DNA from: Myxococcota bacterium
Lineage (GTDB): Bacteria; Myxococcota_A; UBA9042
Reading direction: 5' to 3'
Assembly (NCBI GenBank): GCA_049317445.1
Contig: JBMOIG010000004.1
Span: 5,182 to 69,181, forward strand
DNA: 64,000 nt
The notes below the pieces were generated by a model that saw nothing but the letters and a program-made list of their open reading frames with translations, did no database searches and had not been told where the DNA came from. Numbering within the stretch: position 1 is the stretch's first letter; each line of letters opens with the position of its first letter. A program made the position numbers and the translations under genes. Below are positions 9,825 to 18,752 of the stretch, in pieces.

Positions 9825-11171
9825 ATGCTCGATTCCCTGCAACTCTTTGTCTCTTTGCCGCTTCTTCCCGCTCAGGCGGCGACAGACGGCGCTGTCGACT
9901 CGACCGGCTTGGCGATCGGCCTTGCCGTTCTGGTCGGTGCGGCCATCGCGGCCTACGCGATGCTGAAGTCGAAGTCTGGCCGTGTTGCGCCGACGGACGA
10001 CACGCAGAAGGCGGCGCCCGCGGCGGTCGTGGACGTCCCGAGCGACGAAGCGCGTCAGGCGGCCAAGGCCCTGCGGCGTGCGGCCCGCGGCGGCGTAAAG
10101 GTGGGTGCCGACGGCGAGCTGAAGCGGCTGGATTCGTTCGATCTGGACCAGCAGACCCGTCGCGAGCTCGAGGATTCGGCGACCCGACGTTCGCAAGTGC
10201 GCGCCCCGCAAGCGGATGATGGGGAGCAGCGTGCCTATCTGGAGGCCGGGCTGTCCAAGACGCGGTCCGAGGGCTTTGTCGCGAGGCTGGGCAAGCTCTT
10301 TCAGGGCAAGCAGATCGACGCAGCCCTGCTGACCGAGATCGAAGAGGTGCTGTATCGCGCAGACCTGGGCGTGAAGACCGCCGATCGGCTGCTGGACGCG
10401 CTGAAGGTGGCGTCCTCGCGCAAGGAGCTGGAGGACACCGAACACGTCTGGAAGACCCTGCGCCAGAAGTCGCTCGAGATCTTGCGATCCGTCAGTGAGC
10501 GGCCGCTGCAGGTCGAAAACGACTCCGGACCTGCCGTGCTGATGGTGGTGGGCGTCAACGGCTCGGGAAAGACGACGACGATCGGCAAGCTTGCCCATCG
10601 CTATGCCGCTGAGGGCCGCAAGGTCATCGTGGCCGCCGCCGATACCTTTCGCGCGGCTGCGGTCGACCAGCTGGAAGTGTGGTGCCAGCGCGCCGGCGTC
10701 GAGCTGTTCCGCGGCAAGGAGAACGCCGACCCCGCCAGCGTGGTTTTTGCCGCCATCGAGAAGGCCAAGGCGGACGGCGCCGATCTGGTGATCATCGACA
10801 CAGCGGGTCGCCTGCACACGAACTCGAACCTGATGGAAGAGTTGCGCAAGGTGGGCCGGGTCGCCGCCAAGGCGCAGGCGGGAGCCCCGCACGAGGTGTT
10901 GCTGGTGCTGGACGCGACCATGGGGCAGAACGCGGTGAAGCAAGCCGAGCTGTTCCGCGAGGCCATCGACGTCACCGGGATCGCGTTGACCAAGCTCGAT
11001 GGTACGGCCAAGGGTGGCGTGGTTCTGGCGATCGCCGAAGCCCTGAAGCTGCCCGTCAAGCTGGTGGGGGTTGGCGAGCGGATGCAGGATCTCCGCGATT
11101 TTGATGCGGATCTCTTCGTCGAGACGCTGTTCGACGGCAAGGACGGCCATGCCGTGGGTCCCGTCTCTTGA
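9825..11171 (+). CDS. ftsY: SRP receptor FtsY with an N-terminal membrane anchor
   Basis: Motifs GVNGSGKTTT, DTFRAAA, DTAGRLH, TKLDGTAKGG and GVGE. Confidence 0.95.
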   Translation: MLDSLQLFVSLPLLPAQAATDGAVDSTGLAIGLAVLVGAAIAAYAMLKSKSGRVAPTDDTQKAAPAAVVDVPSDEARQAAKALRRAARGGVKVGADGELKRLDSFDLDQQTRRELEDSATRRSQVRAPQADDGEQRAYLEAGLSKTRSEGFVARLGKLFQGKQIDAALLTEIEEVLYRADLGVKTADRLLDALKVASSRKELEDTEHVWKTLRQKSLEILRSVSERPLQVENDSGPAVLMVVGVNGSGKTTTIGKLAHRYAAEGRKVIVAAADTFRAAAVDQLEVWCQRAGVELFRGKENADPASVVFAAIEKAKADGADLVIIDTAGRLHTNSNLMEELRKVGRVAAKAQAGAPHEVLLVLDATMGQNAVKQAELFREAIDVTGIALTKLDGTAKGGVVLAIAEALKLPVKLVGVGERMQDLRDFDADLFVETLFDGKDGHAVGPVS

Positions 11172-11203
11172 CCGGCCGCTGCGTGAATCCGAAGCTCCGG
11201 GCC

Positions 11204-13081
11204 ATGCGCACCTCGAACCTTGCCGCAAAGGCCCTTCTTGCGACGACCACCATTCTGGCCGCTTGCCTGCCGTCGGCTGCTTTCGCCGCGCCGGCCGAGT
11301 CGTGCAAGACGTGGATCGTCTTTCAGAATCCGTCCAAGTCGCCCGTTCGGCTGGAGCCTACCGGCGAGTCGGCCCGGGTGCTTGGGCCTGGGCAGACCGC
11401 GCGCATTTGCCCGTCGGCGCCGGGCGACAAGCTGACGTATCGCGTCGTTGCGGACGCTGGCTGGGTCTACGAGGGAACCGTCGACCTGGCCGGGCTGCAG
11501 TCGCGTGAGGTGCCGGTTCTGGTCCCCTGCGCCGGTGTGCGTGTGCGCAATCGCACGGGTGAGCCGCAAATCCTGGAGATCGCCGGGCGACCGATGGGCG
11601 AACTGGACGACGGCGCCCAGCGGACCGTGACGCAGCTGGAGCCCGGCACCGTGACGGTCGTCGCCCACGGCACCCGCAGTGCGTCCTTGACCGCGCTGCG
11701 CTTCAACGTCGCCGCGGGAGCGGTGGCTGAGGCCGATCTGCCGCCCCCCGCCTCGCGCATGGCGGTGGTCAACCCCTTGTCAGAGCTGGCAACCCTGCAC
11801 GTCGACGGCCATGCCTACGGTCGCATTGGCCCGGCGCCCGCGACGGTGGACGTGGTGGGTCTGGCCCCCGGGATGCACCGAGTCCGTCTGGTCGGGGTGA
11901 CGTCTGGCGACGTGCGTGAGTTCGAGGCCAAGGCGACCCTGACGACGGAACCGCCCGGGCTGTCCCCTGACATCCGCATTCGTGTCCAAAACCAGACGGG
12001 CGAAGTGCTGGAACTCGTTGCCGCGATGCGGGATCTGGGCTCGCCGATCGCGCCTGGTGCCAAGGCGGAGTGGGTTGTACCGCGGTCGGCGTTTGGTATC
12101 TCGGCTACGGGCGTCGATTCGGGGCTGACCTATCGGCTGGAGGTGCAGCCCGATGGACCCGCGTTGCTCGACTGGCGCATCGAGCGCCCGCGCGCGAGCG
12201 TGAAGCTGATGAACGTGACGGGCGAGCCGCTGTCGGTGCAGGTGGGGCCGTGGGGCAAGGTCGAGGTTCCGGCGAGCGCCCAGCGGGTCGTCGGCGTGCC
12301 GGCGGGGCGTCTTGCGCTAACGGCCGAGGCCAAGACCAGCGGGCGCAAGCACGAGACGGGTCTGTTTCTGGAGGCGGCGGCGCAAGCGGCATGGTCGATT
12401 CGCGCCGAAGAGACAACGGTGACACTGGTCAACGGCCATGACGAGCCGGCGACCGTTGCCGTGGACGGTGCTGTGCGCGGCACCATTCCTGCTCGCGGAG
12501 AGTTGCGGACGGCCGTGACCCCCGGCAAGCACCGGATCACCTTCGTAACGCAGTGGACCGGGACCCGATTGGCGGCCGAGCTGCAGGTGGCCGACGGCGC
12601 GCGGGCGCTGGTCGGTTTCGAGCCTCCGTCCGGTGCCTTGCATCTGGACCAGCGCACGGGCGAACACACCTTGGTCGTGCTGGTGCGGGGCGTGCAGGTG
12701 GCCGAGGTCGCGCCGGGGAGTCACGCGGTGCTGCCGGTCGTTCCTGGCCGCGCGACGGTCGAGGTGCGGGACCCGAAGACCGGACGGTCCGCGTTCTACT
12801 CCGACCCGATCACGCCCGCCGAGCAAGTGCTCCTCCCGAAGCCGCCGCTCGTCAAGGCGGAGCTGGAGATCGCGCTGGCTGGCGAGGCGTCGGTGACCGT
12901 GGCGGTCGACGGCGGAGAGGTCCAGCCCTTGAAGCCCGGCGAGACGCTGAAGCTGTCTGGCGTGGCCGTGGGCGAGCACCTGATCGACGTGATGGTCGGT
13001 GGCAAGTCCCTGCGGCGGCGGGTGGAAGTGCGCCCCGATCGCCCCGTGACGCGTGTGGAGCTGCGGCCTAATCGCCCGTAA
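11204..13081 (+). CDS. Secreted protein made of repeated PEGA-like beta-sandwich domains
   Basis: Signal peptide ending AFA, followed by about seven repeats starting V/IxNxTGE/NP. Alternative TTG start at 11168 overlaps the ftsY stop. Confidence 0.7.
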   Translation: MRTSNLAAKALLATTTILAACLPSAAFAAPAESCKTWIVFQNPSKSPVRLEPTGESARVLGPGQTARICPSAPGDKLTYRVVADAGWVYEGTVDLAGLQSREVPVLVPCAGVRVRNRTGEPQILEIAGRPMGELDDGAQRTVTQLEPGTVTVVAHGTRSASLTALRFNVAAGAVAEADLPPPASRMAVVNPLSELATLHVDGHAYGRIGPAPATVDVVGLAPGMHRVRLVGVTSGDVREFEAKATLTTEPPGLSPDIRIRVQNQTGEVLELVAAMRDLGSPIAPGAKAEWVVPRSAFGISATGVDSGLTYRLEVQPDGPALLDWRIERPRASVKLMNVTGEPLSVQVGPWGKVEVPASAQRVVGVPAGRLALTAEAKTSGRKHETGLFLEAAAQAAWSIRAEETTVTLVNGHDEPATVAVDGAVRGTIPARGELRTAVTPGKHRITFVTQWTGTRLAAELQVADGARALVGFEPPSGALHLDQRTGEHTLVVLVRGVQVAEVAPGSHAVLPVVPGRATVEVRDPKTGRSAFYSDPITPAEQVLLPKPPLVKAELEIALAGEASVTVAVDGGEVQPLKPGETLKLSGVAVGEHLIDVMVGGKSLRRRVEVRPDRPVTRVELRPNRP

Positions 13082-13850
13082 ACTTCGCGGGACGCTTTTT
13101 CAGGAACGCCGTCATCCCTTCGCGCTGGTCCGGCGATCGGAAGCACTGGGCAAAGGCGGCAGCCTCGAGCTTGAGCGCCTCGTCCAGCGGCACATCTTCT
13201 CCCTGTAGGATCACACCCTTGGCCTGAGCCACTGCCACCGGACCGCGCTGCCCCATGCGGTCGGCCAGCGCGACGGCGGCATCGAGCAGCGCCTCGGGCG
13301 CGTGAAGCTCGTGTGCGACGCCCAGACGCAGCGCCTCTTCAGCCGGGAACACGTCGCCGGAAAGCACCCAGCGGCGAGCGGCGTTGCGTCCGATCAGTCG
13401 TGCGAGCCTTTGCGTGCCGCCAAATCCAGGGATGACGCCCAAGGTGACCTCAGGCAGGCCAAACTTGGCGCGAGTCGACGCGAGGATGACGTCGCAGGCG
13501 AGCGCGAGTTCCGTGCCGCCGCCCAGCGCGTAGCCGTTGACCGCCGCGATGACGGGCTTGGGCATCTGCTCGATTTTGCTGAGGATCGCCTGCCCAGCCA
13601 AAGCAAAGGCCAAGGCCTGTTCCGGCGTCAGATGTGCCATCTCGCCGATGTCGGCGCCCGCGACGAAGGACTTGTCGCCGGACCCGGTCAGCACGACCGC
13701 GCGTACCGAACGGTCGGCCGCAACCTCGTCCAGCCGCTGCGCCAACACGGTGAGCACTTGCCGATCGAGGGCGTTGAGCGCCTTGGGTCGATGGATCGTC
13801 AGCAGGGCCACGGCCCCGCGACGTTCGAGGAGCACGAGGTCGCCGTCCAT
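13068..13850 (-). CDS. Enoyl-CoA hydratase/isomerase (crotonase family)
   Basis: Motifs FVAGADI, AAVNGYALGGGTELALACD and LPEVTLGVIPGFGGTQRL. Confidence 0.93.
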   Translation of the reverse strand: MDGDLVLLERRGAVALLTIHRPKALNALDRQVLTVLAQRLDEVAADRSVRAVVLTGSGDKSFVAGADIGEMAHLTPEQALAFALAGQAILSKIEQMPKPVIAAVNGYALGGGTELALACDVILASTRAKFGLPEVTLGVIPGFGGTQRLARLIGRNAARRWVLSGDVFPAEEALRLGVAHELHAPEALLDAAVALADRMGQRGPVAVAQAKGVILQGEDVPLDEALKLEAAAFAQCFRSPDQREGMTAFLKKRPAKFTGD

Positions 13851-13864
13851 GACCCTTTCCTTGA

Positions 13865-14131
13865 CTAGTTGCCGCCGCGCTTCGAGGCCTTCAGCGGGTT
13901 CAGCATCTTCGAGGACTTCACCTTCTCGATCTTGGCGTGGGTCGCGAAGTTGCACATGCCGGCGGCCCACTTGCCCGTGGGGCTGGCGTACGCGTGGCAG
14001 TAGCCGACTTCGCCGAGCAGGCGCACGTGCGCGCAGCCGACGCACTGGTCGACGATGGGCGTGAAGCCGTTGCTCTGGATACGGGCGGCGACGGCGGCTT
14101 CGGCGGCCGGGGCGTTGATCGGGTCAGCCAT
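13865..14131 (-). CDS. PxxKW family small cysteine-rich protein
   Basis: 88 aa containing CVGC...YCHAYASPTGKW...CNFATH...LNPLKASKR. Confidence 0.85.
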   Translation of the reverse strand: MADPINAPAAEAAVAARIQSNGFTPIVDQCVGCAHVRLLGEVGYCHAYASPTGKWAAGMCNFATHAKIEKVKSSKMLNPLKASKRGGN

Positions 14132-14212
14132 GTCTCGTTCCTCGGAGTTCGCAGTGAAGGTTCGTGCACGGGGTCGTCGGCCTGGATGGCACCTGACCCT
14201 GAAGCGCGCGGC

Positions 14213-14241
14213 AGGATAGGGACAAGTTGCCCCGGTGTCAA
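14213..14241 (-). promoter_or_regulatory. Sigma70-type promoter for the PxxKW/enoyl-CoA hydratase unit
   Basis: TTGACA-17 bp-TATCCT on the minus strand. Confidence 0.65.
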
Positions 14242-14334
14242 CGCGCAAGCAGGCTCGGCGTCATCTGGAAGGCATCATCAGGACTGCGGAAAACTCAGCA
14301 GCCGACCGGACATGCGACAGACAATAGGCCGCGG

Positions 14335-15363
14335 CTAGGCCTTCTCGGCCCGCAGACCATCGACCGTGTCGGCAAGAACGCCCAGCGCGCGGGCAAGCTC
14401 ACCGTGGATGGCCTGGATCTCGTCCTTGCCCCACTCGGCGGTGTCCTTGCGGATGAAGCTGGTCTTGTCGATGCGGTTGTCGAAGCGGGCGACCGGAATG
14501 TACCACTTGCGCAGCACGTACTTCTTCTGGCCGTTCTCTTCGACCTGAAGGATCCGCTCGACCTTGACGGTGTTCGGCTTGTCGGACTGCGACATCAGCC
14601 ATTCCATGTCGTCGCAGCCGTAGTCGGCGAGCATCACTTCCCACGGTGCCGAGTGGTGCAGGATCGATCCCTGACCGTCGGGGCGACCGCGGGCGATGTT
14701 CTTGCGGCGCGATTCCTCAGGACTGACCCAGATGTAGAGGATCACGGCGCGGTCCAGGATCTCTGGACGCAGCTGGTGGAACTGGTTGAGGTAGCCACGG
14801 GGCGGGGTCAGCGGGAACGCCGCGCCGTTCGGGCCACCACGGGCGGCTTCCATGAACAGGGTCTTGCCGGCGCGGTCCTGGCTGACGTTGCGGTTCTTCG
14901 CCGCGAGTTCCTCCGCGCACTCCGCTTCCATCGCGGCGGCGATCTCGCAGCGGATACGGTACGGGACGTTGCCAAGGGCGGGGGCGACGCCGGCACGGAC
15001 GCGGGCGGCGTCGAGACGGTCGAACAGCAGCTGCGCGGCAGAGGCCGGATGGGCCGTGCGGCCGGCGACCAGGTCGGCGTAGTCCTCGTTCAGCATCTCG
15101 GTCAGCGTCAGCCAGTCGAAGGGCTCGCGGAACGGGCGGCTGGAGCCGTGGTAGAACACGTAGTCTTGGCCGCGCTGCTTCAGCTCGTCGTCGATGCGAT
15201 GCATGAAGTGCACGTACGGATAGTCGTCGAGCTGCAGCGTGGGCCCGATGTGGAACTCCTCGCGGCATTGGGTGGGCGTCAAGTACTCGAGGTAGCGGCG
15301 CACTTCGGACTTGCCGGAAGCGGGCAGCGAGAAGAGGAGCACGGTATCGAGCAGGGTCGTCAT
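14335..15363 (-). CDS. Uncharacterised P-loop protein, NMP-kinase-like fold
   Basis: Walker A-like SLPASGKS, FMEAARG, and lid-like ILYIWVSPEESRRKNIAR. GGAGG RBS and strongly biased codons. Confidence 0.7.
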   Translation of the reverse strand: MTTLLDTVLLFSLPASGKSEVRRYLEYLTPTQCREEFHIGPTLQLDDYPYVHFMHRIDDELKQRGQDYVFYHGSSRPFREPFDWLTLTEMLNEDYADLVAGRTAHPASAAQLLFDRLDAARVRAGVAPALGNVPYRIRCEIAAAMEAECAEELAAKNRNVSQDRAGKTLFMEAARGGPNGAAFPLTPPRGYLNQFHQLRPEILDRAVILYIWVSPEESRRKNIARGRPDGQGSILHHSAPWEVMLADYGCDDMEWLMSQSDKPNTVKVERILQVEENGQKKYVLRKWYIPVARFDNRIDKTSFIRKDTAEWGKDEIQAIHGELARALGVLADTVDGLRAEKA

Positions 15364-15459
15364 GTCGATTCCTCCGGGGGGGATGTGCGCTTGCGCGGGC
15401 GAAGCGTCGTCCAGCCTCGCGCCCTAGTCAATGGCCCGCTTGATGGCGGTTTGGCGGGT

Positions 15460-16335
15460 TCAGGTCGGCTTGCACAGGCCGTTGACGCAACTGGTGCCGT
15501 CAGGACAGATGTGCGTGAGGCAAGCCTTGAAGCCCAGGCACTGGAACGCGATGGGCGGGGCACAGATCATGCCGATGTCCGAGGGGACGCAGAACGTGGC
15601 ACCTTCGCTGGCGTAGGGGCAGTCCTTTGCGGCGGTCTGGGGTGTGCAGCTGCCGGGCTGGACGCAGAAGCTCTCTCCCTCCTTGGTAGCGCAGCGCCGC
15701 GACCCGCACTCCCATGCCTCGTCGCAGTGGTCGCAATAGCCCTTGTCGCCGCCCTGGCAGGTGGCGATCAGGCCATAGGGGTCCTCGAACTTGCGCAGGC
15801 ATACCGACGAAGCGGCACCCATGACCTTGCCGCAAGTGAATCCGGCGGGACAAGTCACCCCGGCCAGGCCGCAGGTGGCCGCGCAGTAGCGCTCGTTGGT
15901 GTCGGGCGAGGTGATGCACAGGTTGCCGGTGGCGCACTGGGCTTGCGAGGCGCACGGGCTGCAGTGTTCGCCGCCACCTGAGCACGCGCCGTAGTCGGGA
16001 CGACAAGCAAATTCACCAAGCCCCGTGCCGTATTGCGCGCACGATGATCCCGACGCGCACTGGGCGCTGGAGGAGCACCCCTTCGTGCAGTAGCCCTTGC
16101 CGTTCTTGTCCTGTCGGCATTCAGGGGTCGCGGGGCTGCAGTCCTTGGGGCTGAGGCACGGCGCGCAGTAGGGACCTGTTCCGGGGACGGCGTCTGCGGT
16201 GGTCGCGTCCGTGCCGATGGGCGGATTGTCGATGGTCGACTGCGCGTCGCTGGGGCCGGCGGCGGTCTCGTCGGAGCATCCGACGAACAGAAGCAGCGCG
16301 AGCGCGACGGGCAGGACGGGCAGGCGGTGGCGCAT
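15460..16335 (-). CDS. Cys-rich lipoprotein
   Basis: Lipobox LLFVGC, D/T-rich linker, then CxPC...YCTKGC-type repeats. Confidence 0.8.
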   Translation of the reverse strand: MRHRLPVLPVALALLLFVGCSDETAAGPSDAQSTIDNPPIGTDATTADAVPGTGPYCAPCLSPKDCSPATPECRQDKNGKGYCTKGCSSSAQCASGSSCAQYGTGLGEFACRPDYGACSGGGEHCSPCASQAQCATGNLCITSPDTNERYCAATCGLAGVTCPAGFTCGKVMGAASSVCLRKFEDPYGLIATCQGGDKGYCDHCDEAWECGSRRCATKEGESFCVQPGSCTPQTAAKDCPYASEGATFCVPSDIGMICAPPIAFQCLGFKACLTHICPDGTSCVNGLCKPT

Positions 16336-16513
16336 GGGTGGCAGTTTCCGAGCAGTGGGGCCAGCAGGGCGCCCGCGGTCGGCGACGTGCGAACGCGGGG
16401 GCAAGCACCGGAGCGTAGTCGCGCCCGCGTCCGGCGGCAACCCGCCGTCGTTCCTGCGGCTTGTCCGCATCGGCTTGGGGCCGTATCATCCGCGGGTTCT
16501 TTCCGGCGGGACC

Positions 16514-17152
16514 ATGGCGACGCTCTACCACTACATGGACTGCCCCTACTGTTTCCGCGTTCGCGCCTATTTGGCCGAGCGCGGCATCCCATACGCCAGC
16601 AACGCCGTCGAACGCGGAGCCCCGCCTCCGGAGCTGCCCAGCCTGAACCCCTTGGGGCGCCTGCCGATTTGGGTGACGGACGCAGGGCGGCCGGTGTTCG
16701 GGTCCTCGACGATCCTCACTTTCCTGGACGCAACCGAAACGGCTTCACCCGGTCTGTTGCCTCTCGACCCGCTCGCACGCGCTCGCTGCGCCATGGCGGA
16801 GCAGATGGTCGAAGAAGGGCTGCTGAACCCGCTGATGCACATCGACCGAGAAATGGTGGGCCGCGAGGGCCAAATGTGGAGCCTCGAGGTCTATCGCACC
16901 GAGACGCGCCGAGTGCGCCAGATGCTTCACGTCTTCGAGCAGTTGCTGGGTGGTCGGCAGTGGCTCGTCGGCGACGCGCTGACCCCGGCGGATCTGGCGC
17001 TGGCACAACCCCTGACGATTCTGGAGCGATTCGGTCTCGACCTTCAGGGCCTTCCGGGTCTTGCTGGTTTGGCCGAACGCCTGAACAAACGCACTTCGAT
17101 TGTCTCTGCCCGCAAGAAGCCCGAGACCGAGTTGACCCGCGCCGAGGGCTGA
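16514..17152 (+). CDS. Glutathione S-transferase family protein (CPYC type)
   Basis: Motifs LYHYMDCPYCFRVR, LNPLGRLP and WLVGDALTPADL. Confidence 0.88.
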   Translation: MATLYHYMDCPYCFRVRAYLAERGIPYASNAVERGAPPPELPSLNPLGRLPIWVTDAGRPVFGSSTILTFLDATETASPGLLPLDPLARARCAMAEQMVEEGLLNPLMHIDREMVGREGQMWSLEVYRTETRRVRQMLHVFEQLLGGRQWLVGDALTPADLALAQPLTILERFGLDLQGLPGLAGLAERLNKRTSIVSARKKPETELTRAEG

Positions 17153-17206
17153 CCTGCCCGCGCCGCCCTCGCCCGTTGCGGCCGCTGCCGCCATCCGGAG
17201 TCCACG

Positions 17207-18055
17207 ATGTTCTTGTCTCGCCTCGATTTTGCCAAGGTCGGCGTCGCGACCGCGTTGTGCGGACTGGCGATTTGGCCCGCTGCCGCTCGCGCCGAGCCGC
17301 CTCCGTCGCCTGCGTCCGCCGTTGTCGAAGTCGCACCCGCTGCGCCGGGCACGCTTGTGGTCGTCGTCGATGTGGACGGGCTCGCCGCCGACGTTGCCGG
17401 GGCGGTCACCGCCTTGAAAAAGGGCGAGAACGCGCTGCAAGTCGCCGCCGGCACCGCGAAGGTGGTGGTGCGTACTGCCGCCGGCGCCGTCGTCAAGGAG
17501 GCTGAGGTCGCCGTGGCGTCTGGTGCGACTGCGCGCCTGGACGTCACCACCCGCGGCAAGATTGAGGTCGCGACGGTGCGCGGCGCCAAGATCGAGCTGG
17601 ACGGCAAGGAAGTGCCCACCAGCGACGGCAAGGCAGAAGTCGACGTCGACATGGGCAAGCACAGTCTTGTGATCACCCGCTCCGGCTACTTTGGTCGCAA
17701 GGGCGACGTCGAGCTGGGGGCCGGACAGCGCGCGTCCGTCACCGCCGATCTCGCGATGTTCGAGCCTGAGAACGACCTGCGCGCCTACGCGTGGGCCGGC
17801 ATTGGCGGCGGCGGTGCGTTGATTCTGGCCGCTGTCGCGATCGATGCCTTCGCCAACTACGACTCGCTGGGCGGCGACACGGTCCGCTGGACCTTGATGG
17901 GTTTGGGCACCGCGGGCTTCGTCGGAGGCACCATCCTGCTGAAGCAAGGTGCCGAGGCCAGCGCCAGCCCGCCGGTGCAGGACACGCCGAAGTTCGACAT
18001 CCGGCTATCGCAGACGCAAGGCGGCGCAGTGGCCCGCTTGGGCATGCGGTTCTAG
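17207..18055 (+). CDS. Exported PEGA-domain protein with C-terminal hydrophobic segments
   Basis: Signal peptide, GAKIELDGKEV...GKHSLVITRSGY, two hydrophobic stretches and a terminal Phe. Confidence 0.7.
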   Translation: MFLSRLDFAKVGVATALCGLAIWPAAARAEPPPSPASAVVEVAPAAPGTLVVVVDVDGLAADVAGAVTALKKGENALQVAAGTAKVVVRTAAGAVVKEAEVAVASGATARLDVTTRGKIEVATVRGAKIELDGKEVPTSDGKAEVDVDMGKHSLVITRSGYFGRKGDVELGAGQRASVTADLAMFEPENDLRAYAWAGIGGGGALILAAVAIDAFANYDSLGGDTVRWTLMGLGTAGFVGGTILLKQGAEASASPPVQDTPKFDIRLSQTQGGAVARLGMRF

Positions 18056-18535
18056 ATGGAACCCGCCTTTGATTTCAACGAGGTTGACTCGGGTCTGTGG
18101 GTCGGGCCCTGTCCCAGCTCTCCCCAGCGCATCCAGCAGCTGCGCAAGGCCGGGATCGACGGGCTCGTCAGCCTGCAGACCGACGACGACCTGATGGGGA
18201 TGGACCTCGACTGGAACTTGCTGTGGCGGTTCATGATGGGGCAGGGCATCGCCGCCCGCCGTCAGCCGATCACCGACTTTGACGACCGAGCCCTCATCCA
18301 AGGGCTGCCCGCGGCCATCGTTGCCATCGCTGAGCTGCGGGCCGCCGGGCGTGTCACCTACGTGCACTGCTCTGCCGGGGTCAATCGCAGTCCGACCGTG
18401 GCCATCGGTTACCTTATGCAGCACAACGGGTTGAGTCTGGATCAAGCGTGGCAGCAGGTCACCACGCGTCGTCCTTGCGACCCGAATCGCGCGGCTCTCG
18501 AACGCTGGCATCTGGGGCCGCCCAAGCGCGGCTAG
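18056..18535 (+). CDS. Dual-specificity phosphatase (laforin/SEX4-like)
   Basis: Catalytic loop VHCSAGVNRS and acid loop PITDFD. Confidence 0.88.
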   Translation: MEPAFDFNEVDSGLWVGPCPSSPQRIQQLRKAGIDGLVSLQTDDDLMGMDLDWNLLWRFMMGQGIAARRQPITDFDDRALIQGLPAAIVAIAELRAAGRVTYVHCSAGVNRSPTVAIGYLMQHNGLSLDQAWQQVTTRRPCDPNRAALERWHLGPPKRG

Positions 18536-18619
18536 CCGCTGCACATACAGAAATTTGCCGGTCAGTGGAAAGACCCTAGGCTCCGTCTTGGCCTTTGGGG
18601 CCGTGTTGCGGAGGGTGCG

Positions 18620-18733
18620 ATGGGCGGCTTGGTCTTGGTTGGAACGATTGCGGCGGGAGTCGGTTTGGCGCTGTTGACCGCCAAGTGGTCGTTGGCGCTG
18701 CTCATTCAGCACATGCCGCAGCGCAAGCGCTAG
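18620..18733 (+). CDS. Putative 37-aa small membrane protein (below the ORF-track cut-off)
   Basis: GGAGGG RBS 4 nt before the ATG. Translation MGGLVLVGTIAAGVGLALLTAKWSLALLIQHMPQRKR*. Confidence 0.5.
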   Translation: MGGLVLVGTIAAGVGLALLTAKWSLALLIQHMPQRKR

Positions 18734-18752
18734 GTCGGCGAGCCGGGGCCCG

